64,000 bases of DNA, taken from contig CAXHZO010000002.1 of assembly GCA_964022095.1 (NCBI GenBank), positions 192,001-256,000 of the forward strand, given 5' to 3'. The position numbers and the translations under genes were made by a program. Origin of the DNA: an uncultured Arcobacteraceae bacterium (lineage in GTDB: Bacteria > Campylobacterota > Campylobacteria > Campylobacterales > Arcobacteraceae). The notes below the pieces were generated by a model. It was given only the letters and a program-made list of their open reading frames with translations. It had not been told where the DNA came from and did not search any database. Position 1 is the first letter of the stretch; the number at the start of each line of letters is the position of its first letter. This document shows positions 51,841 through 63,218 of the stretch, piece by piece.

Positions 51841-51975
51841 AAAATGGATTTTATCTAAATGATTGTTAAAGTATATTTAGAAAGCTGATATATTCATATT
51901 TGCTGAATAATCTGATAAATTTAGGTCAAAGTAAATTTAATGTAAAATTCCAAATATTCAAAGCTTGGAGAGTAT

Positions 51976-52452
51976 ATGTATAAAAATTTATCCCTTTTAA
52001 TTCTTGTTGTGATATTTACTTCTTGTAGTAATAAAAATAGTGCATTTGAGCATTTTGAAAATCTTTCACAAAAATCTGAAACTATACAGTTTACAAAGAA
52101 AAAAGATATACTAATTGATAATAAACCTAAAGTTTTATTTTGGGCTACACATTTAAATAAGCTAGAAAAAAATAAAGAGCTAGAAAAAGAGAGTTTTTTA
52201 GTTACAGTTTATTTTGTTGATAAAAAGTTTGATGATTTGAAAGATAGTAAATATCAACTTCTTTTAAATGATAATAAAAGTTTAAGTTTAGAAAAATTAT
52301 CTCAAGATAGTGATTATAAAGATCTTTTTATTGATAATAAGTGGGCTAGCAAGTATTTAGTTCAATTTAATAAAACAGATGATGATGTTTTTAAATTAGA
52401 ACTAAAACTTACTAATAATACTAATTGGGCGCAACTAGAGTTTGAAAAATAG
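51976..52452 (+). CDS. Hypothetical lipoprotein
   Basis: Lipobox FTSC. Confidence 0.7.
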   Translation: MYKNLSLLILVVIFTSCSNKNSAFEHFENLSQKSETIQFTKKKDILIDNKPKVLFWATHLNKLEKNKELEKESFLVTVYFVDKKFDDLKDSKYQLLLNDNKSLSLEKLSQDSDYKDLFIDNKWASKYLVQFNKTDDDVFKLELKLTNNTNWAQLEFEK

Positions 52453-54085
52453 TTGATAGCCTAATTTTATTTTTTGGGTTTAAATAGTTATTATATACAT
52501 AATAATTTGTTAAAACTTTTTTCCCATATTTTTTAGTTTCTGGATATGAAATCATTTCCATGCTTAAAAATGGTTCATACTTTTTATCTATTCTTTTAAA
52601 TAAACCTTTTTTAAATTGACTTTTTGTATATCCAGCACCACCATTATATGCATATGCAATAAATAATGGATTATTATTAAACTGTTTCATTAAAGTATTT
52701 AAGTGAAAACTTCCATATTTTATATTTGTTTTTGGATCAAATTGTTCATAAATATTATAGTCTTCATCTAGTTTTTTTGCAATATCTTTTGATAGAAATG
52801 GCATGATTTGCATAATACCTTGAGCTGTTGAAAATGATATTGATGATGGAATAAATAGACTCTCTTGTCTTGCAATTGAGTATAAAAGTACTTTTTTATA
52901 AGTTGTATAATCTTTTGTGAAATTCTCATAAGGTGTTATGTAATAGTGTTTTGTATATTTATTAAATCTATTTAATACATAAGCTAAATGAGGTTTTGTA
53001 TCTTCATGTGTGAAAATAGATTCGTATTTTTTCATTTTATCTTCTGTTAGATTCTTTTTTGTATCATCTAAAACTTTAATCCAAGAAAATTGATCATGAA
53101 TATCATATTTTGTTGGAGTATTTGGAATTTCAATATCATAAATGATATTTTCTAATGGTATTTCAAGTAACTCTTTTGCATAAGCAGAATAGATATTTAT
53201 ATCCCAACTTTTTGTTAATGCATATAAAAACGATTTATTATCTGTTACTAAATATGACCAAAAAAGAGCTTTATCTTTGTCTCTTCTTAGGTATGATTTA
53301 GAATACGATTTTTGAAAGAAATAGTATGCTTTTTGTTCATTATTATGATTTACTGCATTAATACCTAATAAAAATAGAGCATTAGGTGTTAGATTTTTAT
53401 TGTCTTTTGTATTTAATAGAGATTTTTGAAGTTTTTGTAATATGTTTTTTTTGTAAATAGTGTATCTAATTAGCATTTCAAACTGTTTTTGAGATGCAAG
53501 TTTATTTATAAACTCATCTGAGTAATTTCTATTGTAATTTTTGTTTCTAAAAGATGTGCCAATTTTAAAAAAGTATTTAAAAAAGTTACTATAACCATAA
53601 TTTAATGATTCACTACCAATATCGCCATTATATAAAATCCTTAAATCTTTTTTAAAAGTAGCGTAGTTATTGATTTTTTCAATAAACTTTAAAAGTCTTT
53701 TTTTAGATATCTTTGAAGCTTCTTTTAAACTTAATCCTAAAGCAACACATTTTTCATTATTCATGTTTAAAAGTTTATTAATACTTGCTTTGTAACACTC
53801 TAAGTTTTTAGTAGTAATTTTCCTATATTTTTTATAGGCTTGTTTAGTATATCTACTTTTACGTTTTACCATACTATAGGCTTTTTTGGCATCTTCTAAA
53901 GAGATATTATCTTGATTCAAGTATTGAATTATAAAAAAGTCTTTTGAGTAACTTTTAGGTTTTTGTTCAAGCCACTGTAAAGTGACTTGAAAATCATTTT
54001 TTAAGATTTCACTTTTTGCTTCTTGTGCAAAAGATGAAGTAGTTATTATAAATGCACTAAATAGTGCAATAAGTATTTTTTTCAT
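52421..54085 (-). CDS. slt: Soluble lytic transglycosylase
   Basis: IARQES, GIMQIMP, AYNGG, ET..Y motifs. Confidence 0.9.
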   Translation of the reverse strand: MKKILIALFSAFIITTSSFAQEAKSEILKNDFQVTLQWLEQKPKSYSKDFFIIQYLNQDNISLEDAKKAYSMVKRKSRYTKQAYKKYRKITTKNLECYKASINKLLNMNNEKCVALGLSLKEASKISKKRLLKFIEKINNYATFKKDLRILYNGDIGSESLNYGYSNFFKYFFKIGTSFRNKNYNRNYSDEFINKLASQKQFEMLIRYTIYKKNILQKLQKSLLNTKDNKNLTPNALFLLGINAVNHNNEQKAYYFFQKSYSKSYLRRDKDKALFWSYLVTDNKSFLYALTKSWDINIYSAYAKELLEIPLENIIYDIEIPNTPTKYDIHDQFSWIKVLDDTKKNLTEDKMKKYESIFTHEDTKPHLAYVLNRFNKYTKHYYITPYENFTKDYTTYKKVLLYSIARQESLFIPSSISFSTAQGIMQIMPFLSKDIAKKLDEDYNIYEQFDPKTNIKYGSFHLNTLMKQFNNNPLFIAYAYNGGAGYTKSQFKKGLFKRIDKKYEPFLSMEMISYPETKKYGKKVLTNYYVYNNYLNPKNKIRLSTIFQTLVAPN

Positions 54086-54093
54086 TTTAATTA

Positions 54094-54366
54094 TTAATAA
54101 AATAGATTTCTTAAAAAAGTTTCTAAAAATATTAATGCAAAAATTAAAATAATTGGAGCTAAATCCATTCCACCAAAAATTGTTGGTATATATCTTCTTA
54201 CAAAAGCATATGCAGGTTCTGTTAGCCTATATAGCATTTGAACTATTGGATTATTAGGATCTGGTCTAACCCATGATAAAATTGCAGATATAATTATAAC
54301 CCATTTATATAAAAATATAATACCAAGAACAACCGTGATTACTGAAGAAAACAGTGCATCTATCAT
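54094..54366 (-). CDS. YggT family membrane protein
   Basis: LSWV.PDP.NP, LTEP, GMDLAP. Confidence 0.92.
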   Translation of the reverse strand: MIDALFSSVITVVLGIIFLYKWVIIISAILSWVRPDPNNPIVQMLYRLTEPAYAFVRRYIPTIFGGMDLAPIILIFALIFLETFLRNLFY

Positions 54367-55631
54367 TTTACAATTTCTCCTATATAGTTTTTAATTAATG
54401 GATAGATATGTGAAATATCAGGTCCATTTTGTGTTTTTGTTAATATGTATTTTAAAGGTTTAGATAATTGTTCATTATCTAAATTTGTTTCTTTTGATAA
54501 ATACTCTTCTAAATCTTTTAAATTTTCAAAATAGGGTGCTTTTTTTAGAGACTCTTTGATCTTATTAAATTCATCATTTGAACCTTTATAATCATACTTG
54601 TCTGAGAATATTAAATCAATTTTTTCTTTTATTTGTTTAATCGTACTAACTTCATTTAAAAATAGTTTACCAAGTTTACCAATATCAGTATCTGCAAAAC
54701 CTAATATTTTTGATAATCTCATATCTTCAATCATTTCTAAATGTTTTTGATTAATTGCTTTTAGTTCTTCTAAATCGAATTCAACACGAGCTTGAGAAAT
54801 CTTTTTTATATCAAACCATTGAATTGCTTCTTCAAGTGAAAAAATCTCTTTAGGTGTTTCATTTCCAAGTAAAACAAGATAGTTTGCAATTGCACTAGGT
54901 AAAAATCCATCATCAATTAGCTGTTTTACTGATTTGATTGTACTATTTACTTTAGGTAAATGAATATAGTTGATTTGTTTGTCATATCCCAAAGAATCTC
55001 TAACATGAATCTGTTTAGGTGTATTTTCAAGATATTGTTCATCTCTAATAATTGTTGAAATATTCATAATCATATCATCAACTGCACAAGCATAGTTATA
55101 TGTTGGAGTTTTATCATGATTTAATATCTCAAAATAATCAACTTCAAAATGTTTAAAGCTAAAGTCACCTTTTAAAGAATCTGTAAATTTTATACTATCT
55201 TCAGGCTTTTTTATTCTTACACAAAATGGGGCATTTGTATTTAAAACTGTCTCATCAGAAAGAGTTTCACAAAACCCATCATAGCTATATACTTTGCCTT
55301 TTTTTTCTGCTTTATCTTTTAATTCTTGAATTTTATCTTCACTACAAAAACATGAAAAAGCTTTTTTTTGAGCCATTAACTGCATTGCTAATTTTTGATG
55401 ATATTTTAATGATTCATTTTGGTAAATAACACCTTTATATTCAATTGAAAAAAGATTTAAAATTTCTAAAATCTCTTTGTCTTTTCCTTCAATTATATTA
55501 TCTTTATCTATATCTTCAATTCTAATAACTAAATCTTCATTTAATTTTTTTGAAATTATGTAGTTAAAAATAGCTACTCTTAGGCCACTTAAATCTATAC
55601 TTTTTGTTTGACTAGGTGCAAATCTTAACAA
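54363..55631 (-). CDS. Glutamate--tRNA ligase paralog (GluRS2-like) with degenerate active-site motifs
   Basis: [24 protein letters not shown] and G.LP.AI.NYL are present; HIGH reads DLSG and KMSKR is absent. Confidence 0.85.
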   Translation of the reverse strand: MLRFAPSQTKSIDLSGLRVAIFNYIISKKLNEDLVIRIEDIDKDNIIEGKDKEILEILNLFSIEYKGVIYQNESLKYHQKLAMQLMAQKKAFSCFCSEDKIQELKDKAEKKGKVYSYDGFCETLSDETVLNTNAPFCVRIKKPEDSIKFTDSLKGDFSFKHFEVDYFEILNHDKTPTYNYACAVDDMIMNISTIIRDEQYLENTPKQIHVRDSLGYDKQINYIHLPKVNSTIKSVKQLIDDGFLPSAIANYLVLLGNETPKEIFSLEEAIQWFDIKKISQARVEFDLEELKAINQKHLEMIEDMRLSKILGFADTDIGKLGKLFLNEVSTIKQIKEKIDLIFSDKYDYKGSNDEFNKIKESLKKAPYFENLKDLEEYLSKETNLDNEQLSKPLKYILTKTQNGPDISHIYPLIKNYIGEIVK

Positions 55632-55633
55632 AT

Positions 55634-56926
55634 CTATTTCCTTACTATTGCAAAAGTGATATTTTTTATTTCTTTGTGAGATTTAATATAATCATTTAAA
55701 TCTTCAACTGTAAGGTTTTGAATCTTTTCTAACTCTTTTTTAGAGTAATCTAAACCTAAACCTTTGTAATAAAGCATATATGCTCTGTGCAGTCTTTGAG
55801 AAAGTGTTTCATTTCTTAAAGGCTCACTACCACTTAAGAAGTTTTTTGCTGCTTTTAGTTCATCTTTTGTAATTCCATTTTTAACAAAATCTTTAACAAT
55901 ATCTTCTACTAGTTTTTGAGCTTCTTTTGCATTTTCATTTTTAGTTTGTAAATAACCATTAAAGTATGAATGAGATTTATTTATAGAAACATATCCATAT
56001 GCGCTATATGCTAATCCTCTTTTAACTCTAATCTCTTCCATAAGTCTTGAACCAAATCCAGAACCACCTAAAATAAATGATGCAACTTTTGCTTTGTAGT
56101 TATCTTCATCTTTTGAGTCAACATTAAAAGAACTACCAAAGTAAATATAAGCTTGTTGAGTATCTTTTATTAGAGTTTTTTCTTCTTTTTTAGAGTTGAT
56201 TTCTATAGACTTAAGTGGTAGTTTTTGTCCTTTTCTTATCTCTTTTAAAACAGGAGTAATTAGTTTTTCAAACTCTTTAAAAGTATAATCTCCACCTGCA
56301 ACTAATATAAGATTATTAAGCACTAAAGTTTTGTTTAAAAACTCTTTTATATCTTCAATTTTTATTTTTGATATTGAATCAATAGTTCCAGAACTAGAGT
56401 TTTCTAATGGTGTATCTTTAAATAGTAATGATTTTAAAAGGTTTTTAGCAACATAATCATAATCATTTTCTTTTCTTTTTAATGCACCAGTTTGTATAGT
56501 TTTGATTTTCTCTAAAGAATCTTTTGAATAGTTTGGTGATTTCAATAAATCAGTTAAAAGCTTAATTGCTTTTGGCGATATATCCTTTAGATTTGACAAT
56601 TCTATAATAAATGTTTCAAATCCATTTGAAGCATTTAAAGAGATTGCATTCTCTTCTAATTGTTGTGCAAATTTAATTGAACCCAGCTCTTTTGTACCTT
56701 CATTTAAAATCTTTGAAGATATGTTTGCTAAGCCACTTTTTTCTCCATCTTGAATATATCCAGAGTTTTGAAAAACCATCTGTAAATTTAAAATTGGTAA
56801 ACTTTTTTGTTCTTCAAATATCACTGGTATTTTGATATCATCTATTTTTATGTGCTTTAATTCAGCAGCCATTAAACTCCCTTGTATAATTGCTAATATT
56901 AATAAAATTTTTAGTTTTATTTTCAT
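55634..56926 (-). CDS. M16 family peptidase-like protein (no HxxEH)
   Basis: [19 protein letters not shown]; the Zn-motif position reads [11 protein letters not shown]. Confidence 0.85.
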   Translation of the reverse strand: MKIKLKILLILAIIQGSLMAAELKHIKIDDIKIPVIFEEQKSLPILNLQMVFQNSGYIQDGEKSGLANISSKILNEGTKELGSIKFAQQLEENAISLNASNGFETFIIELSNLKDISPKAIKLLTDLLKSPNYSKDSLEKIKTIQTGALKRKENDYDYVAKNLLKSLLFKDTPLENSSSGTIDSISKIKIEDIKEFLNKTLVLNNLILVAGGDYTFKEFEKLITPVLKEIRKGQKLPLKSIEINSKKEEKTLIKDTQQAYIYFGSSFNVDSKDEDNYKAKVASFILGGSGFGSRLMEEIRVKRGLAYSAYGYVSINKSHSYFNGYLQTKNENAKEAQKLVEDIVKDFVKNGITKDELKAAKNFLSGSEPLRNETLSQRLHRAYMLYYKGLGLDYSKKELEKIQNLTVEDLNDYIKSHKEIKNITFAIVRK

Positions 56927-56943
56927 TGTAGCTTGAACCTCTC

Positions 56944-58032
56944 TTAGAATTTTTCTAAAATCTCGTAAGCTGTATTTCTTTTTGCTGGATATTCTCCAAC
57001 ATCTTTAATCAATCTAATCATTTCACCTTGATTCATTCTGTTTGCAGCACCTGCAGCTTTTACTACGTTTTCTTCCATCATTGTACTACCTAAGTCATTT
57101 GCACCAAATTTAAGTGCTAGTTGGCCTACATATGAACCTTGAGTTACCCAAGAACTTTGCATATTCCTAAAATTATCTAAATAAAGTCTAGAAACTGCTA
57201 ATAATCTTAAATATCTATTAGATGATTGTGGTTTAATTTCAGGATGTTCTTCCATTAGTTTTGTATTTTGACCTTGGAATGACCACATAATAAATGCTCT
57301 AAATCCACCTGATTTATCTTGTAGTTTTCTTAATAACTCCCAATGTTCAATTATCTCTTCATCTGTTTCAACTGTACCAAACATCATTGTTGCAGTTGTT
57401 TTCATCCCAATTGAATGAGCAAGTTCATGAACTTCAATCCACTCTAAGCTATCCATTTTATTTGGTGCAATAACATCTCTAACTCTATCAGATAAAATTT
57501 CTGCACCAGCACCTGGAATTGAACTTAAACCTTTATCTTGTAGTCTTTTTAAAACCTCTAAAATAGAGATTTTTGAAACCTTCGCAATATATTTAATTTC
57601 AATTGCAGAAAAACCATGAATAGTGATTTGAGGATATTTTGTATGAATATGAGATACTAACTCTTCATAATAATCAATTTTTAGTTTTGGGTGAACTCCA
57701 CCTTGGAATAAAATTTGTGTTCCACCAATTTCTAATAATTCATCAATCTTTTGATCAATTTCATCAAACTTTAATACATAAGAATCATCATCTCTTCCAT
57801 GTCTATAAAAAGCACAGAATTTACAATCTACCCAACACACATTTGTATAGTTAATATTTCTATCAACTATAAAAGATGTAATTTTTTCAGGATGTAATTG
57901 ATCTTTTTTTAAACTTGCTAATTCACCTAATTCTAATAAAGATGCATTTTTAATTAAATCTAATGCTTCTTCATTTGTAATTCTTCTATTGATAATATCT
58001 TTATCAATTTTATTTTCTATTTTCTTAACCAT
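56944..58032 (-). CDS. mqnC: Cyclic dehypoxanthine futalosine synthase
   Basis: DRNINYTNVCWVDCKFCAF, PGAGAEIL, QSSWVTQG, MMEENVV. Confidence 0.93.
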   Translation of the reverse strand: MVKKIENKIDKDIINRRITNEEALDLIKNASLLELGELASLKKDQLHPEKITSFIVDRNINYTNVCWVDCKFCAFYRHGRDDDSYVLKFDEIDQKIDELLEIGGTQILFQGGVHPKLKIDYYEELVSHIHTKYPQITIHGFSAIEIKYIAKVSKISILEVLKRLQDKGLSSIPGAGAEILSDRVRDVIAPNKMDSLEWIEVHELAHSIGMKTTATMMFGTVETDEEIIEHWELLRKLQDKSGGFRAFIMWSFQGQNTKLMEEHPEIKPQSSNRYLRLLAVSRLYLDNFRNMQSSWVTQGSYVGQLALKFGANDLGSTMMEENVVKAAGAANRMNQGEMIRLIKDVGEYPAKRNTAYEILEKF

Positions 58033-60284
58033 TAGAATGCCGCTCCTAGTGAGAATTCAAATGATGAAGTTTCATCATCTGGTTTATCATTTAAAGGTTT
58101 TGCAAAAATTAATTGAAGTGGACCAAATGGTGAAATCCACTCAAATAAAGCACCGGTACTTGCTCTTGAGTCTTTTGTAATACCTTCTATACCAATCATT
58201 CCGTAATCTGCAAACACTGCCCATCTCATATTAGCTGATGGAATTAAAGGAAAACTCATTTCTACAGAGTTTGCTAACATATTTTTATAAGGTCTTTCTA
58301 TCTCTCCATCTTCATTATTTGGACCAAATGCGTAAGATTTAAACCCTCTTAATGTTCTAGGACCTCCAAGGTATAAAGAATCCCCTTGATTAATTTGACC
58401 ATTGTCTACTAAAATTTTTAATTGAGTTTTAAATCTTAAAATCCAATCAAGTTCCGCTAAGTCTTCAAGTGAATAAAAATATTTTAAATATGAATTATAT
58501 TTTAAGTATTTTGAGTCTCCACCAACTCCTGCATACTCAACAGATGCTCCAACTTTGAAACCTTCTCTTGGTAAATAAAAGTCATCTGTATTATCAAAGT
58601 TAATATAAGGTGTAATAGAACTTGTAATATAATCTGTGTTTTCAAGATAGTTTTTTGTTGGATCTTTTGTAAATGTACTATCCCAATTATACTTCTCTTT
58701 AATAAAATCAAGTCTATATTTAGCTCCAGCATATAAGTTTCTAACAATCTCTCTACCAGCACTTACAGAAAAACCTTTTACAGTTTTTGTAGCTTCATAG
58801 TTATCTCTATCAATTTCACTTTCACTACTGTGAATATCAATAGAAGCATTGTATTTACTATCAAAAACTGCAGGATTTGAAAGTTTTAAAGAAAAGTCAC
58901 TTTGATGTGCTGATAATTCAGTACTAAGTGATGTACTAATACCTGAACCAAAAACATTTTTATCAGATACTGCTGCATTTACCATAAGTTTGTCATATGA
59001 ACCATATCCTCCACCTAGCATAAGTGAACCAGTAGCGGCTTCTGTAACTTTTACTAAAATATCAATTTTATCTTCACTAACTCTTTTTTCTTCTATTTTT
59101 ATATCTTCAAAAAAACCTGATCTTTTTAATTTATTTCTAGAGTCCTTAAAATCAGTTAAGTTGTATAAATCGCCAGGTGCTAAATATACATTTCTTCTAA
59201 TTACTCTATCTAATGTTCTTACATTTCCAGAGATCTTAACATCATTTATATAAACTTTTTTACCAGGGATTACATTAAATATAATATCTACTTTTGAATT
59301 CTCTGTATCTTTTTTAATATCAAATTTTACATTTGCAAAAGCATAACCTTTGTTTGCTACTTGTGTTTTAATGTAGTCTTGATCTAATCTTAATTTTTTG
59401 ATATTAAATGTATTCCCAACAATTAGTTTTAATTCTGGGTATAAATCTTCTGCTTTAACAATAGATTCATCTACATATATTTTTATATCATTAGTTCTAT
59501 ATTTAGTTCCTTCAGTAATAAAAAAATCAATTTTTGCTTGATTTGATGCAAAGTCAATATCTAAATAAGGTTCTTTAACTTTTGCGTCTAAATATCCTTT
59601 TTCAAAATAAAGTTCATTTATTCTTCTTGCATCATATTTTAATTGATCTGATTTAACTTCTCCATCATTTTGGCCAAACCACCAAGATGCGAACTCTTTT
59701 TCTTTATTCGCTGTTACATGATCAAAGTCATCTTGGTCAAGTTCATTTGCTCCATAGTAATTAGCTTTTTTGATAATTATCTCATCACCTTTATTTACAT
59801 TAAAAGTAAGAGATACTGAGTGTTTGTTTAACTCTTCAACTTCTATTTCAACAACAGAGTTAATGTATCCTTCATTTTCTAAAAGATCTAATAAAACTTT
59901 TTTTGCTTCATCTGCTCTTTTTTCAGTATACATTGAGCCTTTATTTAATTTTATCATTGTTTTTAAAGAATCGATATCTTCAGCTCTAGTTTTATACCCT
60001 TTGATATCTATTTTTGCAATAGAGGGTTTTTCTGTAAATAGAATTTCTACGTTCCCATTTTCATTTTTTACTAAGATATCCGTAAAATATCCGTAGCTGT
60101 AAAAGGTTTTAATTGCTTTATTAAGCTTTTCAGGGTTTAATTCATCACCAACTTTTAAATCTAAAGTTTCATTAATTATTTTTGGTGAAATTTTATTAAG
60201 ATTCACATAATCAATTGACTTAATTGTTTGGGCATAAAGTGCAGTGGCACTCGCAAGAGAAAATAGTATTACTTTATTTTTCAC
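58032..60284 (-). CDS. bamA: Outer membrane protein assembly factor BamA
   Basis: POTRA repeats, LRGF, SPFGPL, C-terminal Phe. Confidence 0.95.
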   Translation of the reverse strand: MKNKVILFSLASATALYAQTIKSIDYVNLNKISPKIINETLDLKVGDELNPEKLNKAIKTFYSYGYFTDILVKNENGNVEILFTEKPSIAKIDIKGYKTRAEDIDSLKTMIKLNKGSMYTEKRADEAKKVLLDLLENEGYINSVVEIEVEELNKHSVSLTFNVNKGDEIIIKKANYYGANELDQDDFDHVTANKEKEFASWWFGQNDGEVKSDQLKYDARRINELYFEKGYLDAKVKEPYLDIDFASNQAKIDFFITEGTKYRTNDIKIYVDESIVKAEDLYPELKLIVGNTFNIKKLRLDQDYIKTQVANKGYAFANVKFDIKKDTENSKVDIIFNVIPGKKVYINDVKISGNVRTLDRVIRRNVYLAPGDLYNLTDFKDSRNKLKRSGFFEDIKIEEKRVSEDKIDILVKVTEAATGSLMLGGGYGSYDKLMVNAAVSDKNVFGSGISTSLSTELSAHQSDFSLKLSNPAVFDSKYNASIDIHSSESEIDRDNYEATKTVKGFSVSAGREIVRNLYAGAKYRLDFIKEKYNWDSTFTKDPTKNYLENTDYITSSITPYINFDNTDDFYLPREGFKVGASVEYAGVGGDSKYLKYNSYLKYFYSLEDLAELDWILRFKTQLKILVDNGQINQGDSLYLGGPRTLRGFKSYAFGPNNEDGEIERPYKNMLANSVEMSFPLIPSANMRWAVFADYGMIGIEGITKDSRASTGALFEWISPFGPLQLIFAKPLNDKPDDETSSFEFSLGAAF

Positions 60285-60385
60285 AACTATCCTTAATATA
60301 TATTAATAGGTTGATAATATAACCAAATTAAGTTTATATGATTATTAAGATATAATTACTTTTTAATTTAAACAAGGACAGAGAT

Positions 60386-61216
60386 TTGAACGTAGGAATT
60401 ATTGGTTTAGGCCTTATGGGTGGTTCACTTGCAAAAGCATTAAAAAGATATGGAATAGCTACAAAAATTTATGGATATGCAAGAAGTGAAAAATCTAAAA
60501 AAGAGATATTAGAATTAAATTTAGTTGATGAACTTACAAGTATAGAAACAATAAAACAAAACTGTGATTTAATAGTACTAGCAACTCCTGTTGATAATAT
60601 TATTGGAATTTTACCTGAACTATTAGATATAAAAAATGAAACAACTATTATGGATTTAGGTTCGACAAAAGAGTTTATTGTTAAAAATATTCCAGCTTCT
60701 ATTAGACGAAACTTCATTGCTGCCCATCCTATGTGTGGTAGTGAAAAGTTTGGACCAAAAGCAGCTATGGATAACCTATATGAGGGGAAAACAGTTGTTT
60801 TATGTGATTTAGAAGAAAATGATAATGTACATAAAAATAGAGCTATAAGACTATTCCAAGATATTGGTATGAGGCTAGTATTTATGAACTCACATGATCA
60901 TGATGTACATGCTTGTTATATGTCACATTTACCCCATGCAATTTCTTATTCTTTAGCTAATACAGTTATGGGACATGAAGATCCAAAATCTATTATTGCA
61001 CTTGCTGCTGGAGGTTTTAAAGATATGAGTAGAATTGCAAAATCTAGCCCTGATATGTGGACTGATATTTTTAGACAAAATAGAGAAAATCTTTTGGATT
61101 CTATAGATTTATTTAACAAACAGATGGATGATGTTAGAAAAATGGTAGAAAAAGAGGATTATGAAGGATTAAAAAACTGGATGCATAAAGCAACAAGTTT
61201 ACATGAGATACTTTAG
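60386..61216 (+). CDS. tyrA: Prephenate dehydrogenase
   Basis: GLGLMGGS, DLGSTK, HPMCG, SHLPH. Confidence 0.92.
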   Translation: MNVGIIGLGLMGGSLAKALKRYGIATKIYGYARSEKSKKEILELNLVDELTSIETIKQNCDLIVLATPVDNIIGILPELLDIKNETTIMDLGSTKEFIVKNIPASIRRNFIAAHPMCGSEKFGPKAAMDNLYEGKTVVLCDLEENDNVHKNRAIRLFQDIGMRLVFMNSHDHDVHACYMSHLPHAISYSLANTVMGHEDPKSIIALAAGGFKDMSRIAKSSPDMWTDIFRQNRENLLDSIDLFNKQMDDVRKMVEKEDYEGLKNWMHKATSLHEIL

Positions 61217-61228
61217 TATCTCTTGTTT

Positions 61229-62029
61229 TTATATGTTTTTAATTGCTTCAAAAACTTTTATTGCTTGAAAATGCTCTTTTACATCGTGACATCTTATAAT
61301 ACTAGCACCATTATCAATAGCTTTTAAATGTATTGCTAAAGTTCCAGGAAGTCGCTGCTCAATACTACTTGGTACAATTTTATCAATCATTGATTTTCTA
61401 CTTGCCCCAATTAAAAGTTCACATCCAAAATGTTTAAAATGTTCTAATTGGTTTAGTAATTTTAAATTATGATTCAAATTTTTCCCAAAACCAATACCAA
61501 CATCTAATACAATATCTTTTATTCCATAGCTATTTGCTTTTGCTATTTGTTTTTTGAAATACTCATCAATATCACTTACTACATCATCATATTCTGGATT
61601 ATCTTGCATTATAGTAGGATCATTTTGCATATGCATTATTATTACTTGTGCATTATATTTTGAAGCTATTTTGCACACTTCATCATTTTTTAAACCTGTA
61701 ATATCATTTACTATTTTAAAGCCTTTATTTAAAACAAAGTCTATAACTTTTGGAGCATATGAATCAATTGAAAAATCAACCTTTTCATAATATTTGTTTT
61801 CATATATTGTATTTACAATACCTTTTATTCGTGATAACTCAATATCTTCTTGTACTGGAATACTTCCAGGTCTTGATGAAACTGCACCAATATCAATAAT
61901 ATCAGCACCATCATCAATCATTTTTTCTATTTTAATATTAGCTTGAGATGAATCAAATCTACTTCCACTAAAAAATGAGTCTTCATTTGCATTTAATACA
62001 CCCATAATTTTTGTTTTATAAGTTTGCAT
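61229..62029 (-). CDS. folP: Dihydropteroate synthase
   Basis: MGVLN...DSF, SSRPG, GIGFGK, SRKS, RCHDV. Confidence 0.94.
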   Translation of the reverse strand: MQTYKTKIMGVLNANEDSFFSGSRFDSSQANIKIEKMIDDGADIIDIGAVSSRPGSIPVQEDIELSRIKGIVNTIYENKYYEKVDFSIDSYAPKVIDFVLNKGFKIVNDITGLKNDEVCKIASKYNAQVIIMHMQNDPTIMQDNPEYDDVVSDIDEYFKKQIAKANSYGIKDIVLDVGIGFGKNLNHNLKLLNQLEHFKHFGCELLIGASRKSMIDKIVPSSIEQRLPGTLAIHLKAIDNGASIIRCHDVKEHFQAIKVFEAIKNI

Positions 62030-62039
62030 TTATAAGCCT

Positions 62040-62663
62040 TTAGTTTTTTTTGTTAGTTAAAGATAAAAGGAGAGTAGTTAAAACATTTATTGGTTTTGAA
62101 TTTAAATCTATTAATTTTATAGATTTAGAAAATAGTTCAAGTTTATTTTGAGATAATTCTATATTTTGTTCTTTTACTTTTAGTAAAATTGATTCTACAA
62201 TCTCTTTTGCATCAGTTTTAGAGACTCTTTGATTCTCTTTTAAAAAGTTATAGATATCTTTTAAATCAAGTTTTGCAATATCTAAAGGGCTTGAGTTTTT
62301 TATAACTGAAGTCTTTAAGTATTTATATGGAATTCTTGAATAAATAGTTGGAAGAATTGATGATTTAGAGTTTGTAACAATTATAAATACTACATTTTTA
62401 GGAGGTTCCTCTAAAATTTTTAATAAAGAGTTTTGGGCCTCTTTTCTAAAAATAGTACCACATAAAAATATGTATTTTTTTTCATTTGAAGCAATATATG
62501 CCTCTTTTATAGTTTGGTTAGCTTGAGCTATTTGGAATTCATTTTTCTCTTCATTTTTTATAATTCTTGTAAAATGAGTTGGGTAGCTAGGTAATAATTC
62601 ATTTAATGTAGTTTCAATATCATTAACAATTAAAATACATGAACTATCTATAAAATTTGACAT
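62040..62663 (-). CDS. holB: DNA polymerase III delta' subunit (short epsilon type)
   Basis: AQNSLLKILEEPP, ILPTIYSR. Confidence 0.85.
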   Translation of the reverse strand: MSNFIDSSCILIVNDIETTLNELLPSYPTHFTRIIKNEEKNEFQIAQANQTIKEAYIASNEKKYIFLCGTIFRKEAQNSLLKILEEPPKNVVFIIVTNSKSSILPTIYSRIPYKYLKTSVIKNSSPLDIAKLDLKDIYNFLKENQRVSKTDAKEIVESILLKVKEQNIELSQNKLELFSKSIKLIDLNSKPINVLTTLLLSLTNKKN

Positions 62664-62664
62664 T

Positions 62665-63216
62665 TTAGTTTTCTACGTTTATTTCTGCAAAAAGTGATGC
62701 ACTAATAGTCTTATTGTAAAGTCTAAACATTTGCAATAGTTTCATATCTAAAGCTTCATCAGCACTTTTTAGGTTAAATGCATCTTGTTTATCTTCATCA
62801 AATAGCCATAAAAAAGAGTTTTTAGAAACTTTTGGAATAGTTGCCCTAATATCTTGACTTCTTCCTATATACCAAAAACAATAACCATTAGGAAAAGATA
62901 TTTTCAACATGTCTTTAATACATGAAATATCTTCATCTGATTTGATTGAGTCAATATTTTTAGAAAATGATTTAAAATCATAAAAAGGTAAATATGGTCT
63001 ATTTAATTTTGAAGAGTTAATATTTGTTAAAATATATTCTAAAAACCACTCTCTATCTTTGTCTGTAATAACAATAATAGAGCAACCTTTTTCCAATAGA
63101 TTATAAATATTTTTTGATACTAAAGGAGTCCATTCATATTTTTTTTCCTCTAACCAAGGAGATATTAATCTATCATCCCTAATTGTATCAACTGTCCAGT
63201 TTAAAAACTCTTGCAC
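62665..63216 (-). CDS. hobA: DnaA-binding replication regulator HobA
   Basis: WLEEKKYEWTPL, RP.LP, FWYIG; lysC-hobA-holB-folP synteny. Confidence 0.88.
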   Translation of the reverse strand: MQEFLNWTVDTIRDDRLISPWLEEKKYEWTPLVSKNIYNLLEKGCSIIVITDKDREWFLEYILTNINSSKLNRPYLPFYDFKSFSKNIDSIKSDEDISCIKDMLKISFPNGYCFWYIGRSQDIRATIPKVSKNSFLWLFDEDKQDAFNLKSADEALDMKLLQMFRLYNKTISASLFAEINVEN

Positions 63217-63218
63217 TT

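Noticed and set aside
55634-56926. Missing HxxEH as pseudogenisation
   Set aside because: Non-catalytic M16B subunits commonly lack this motif.
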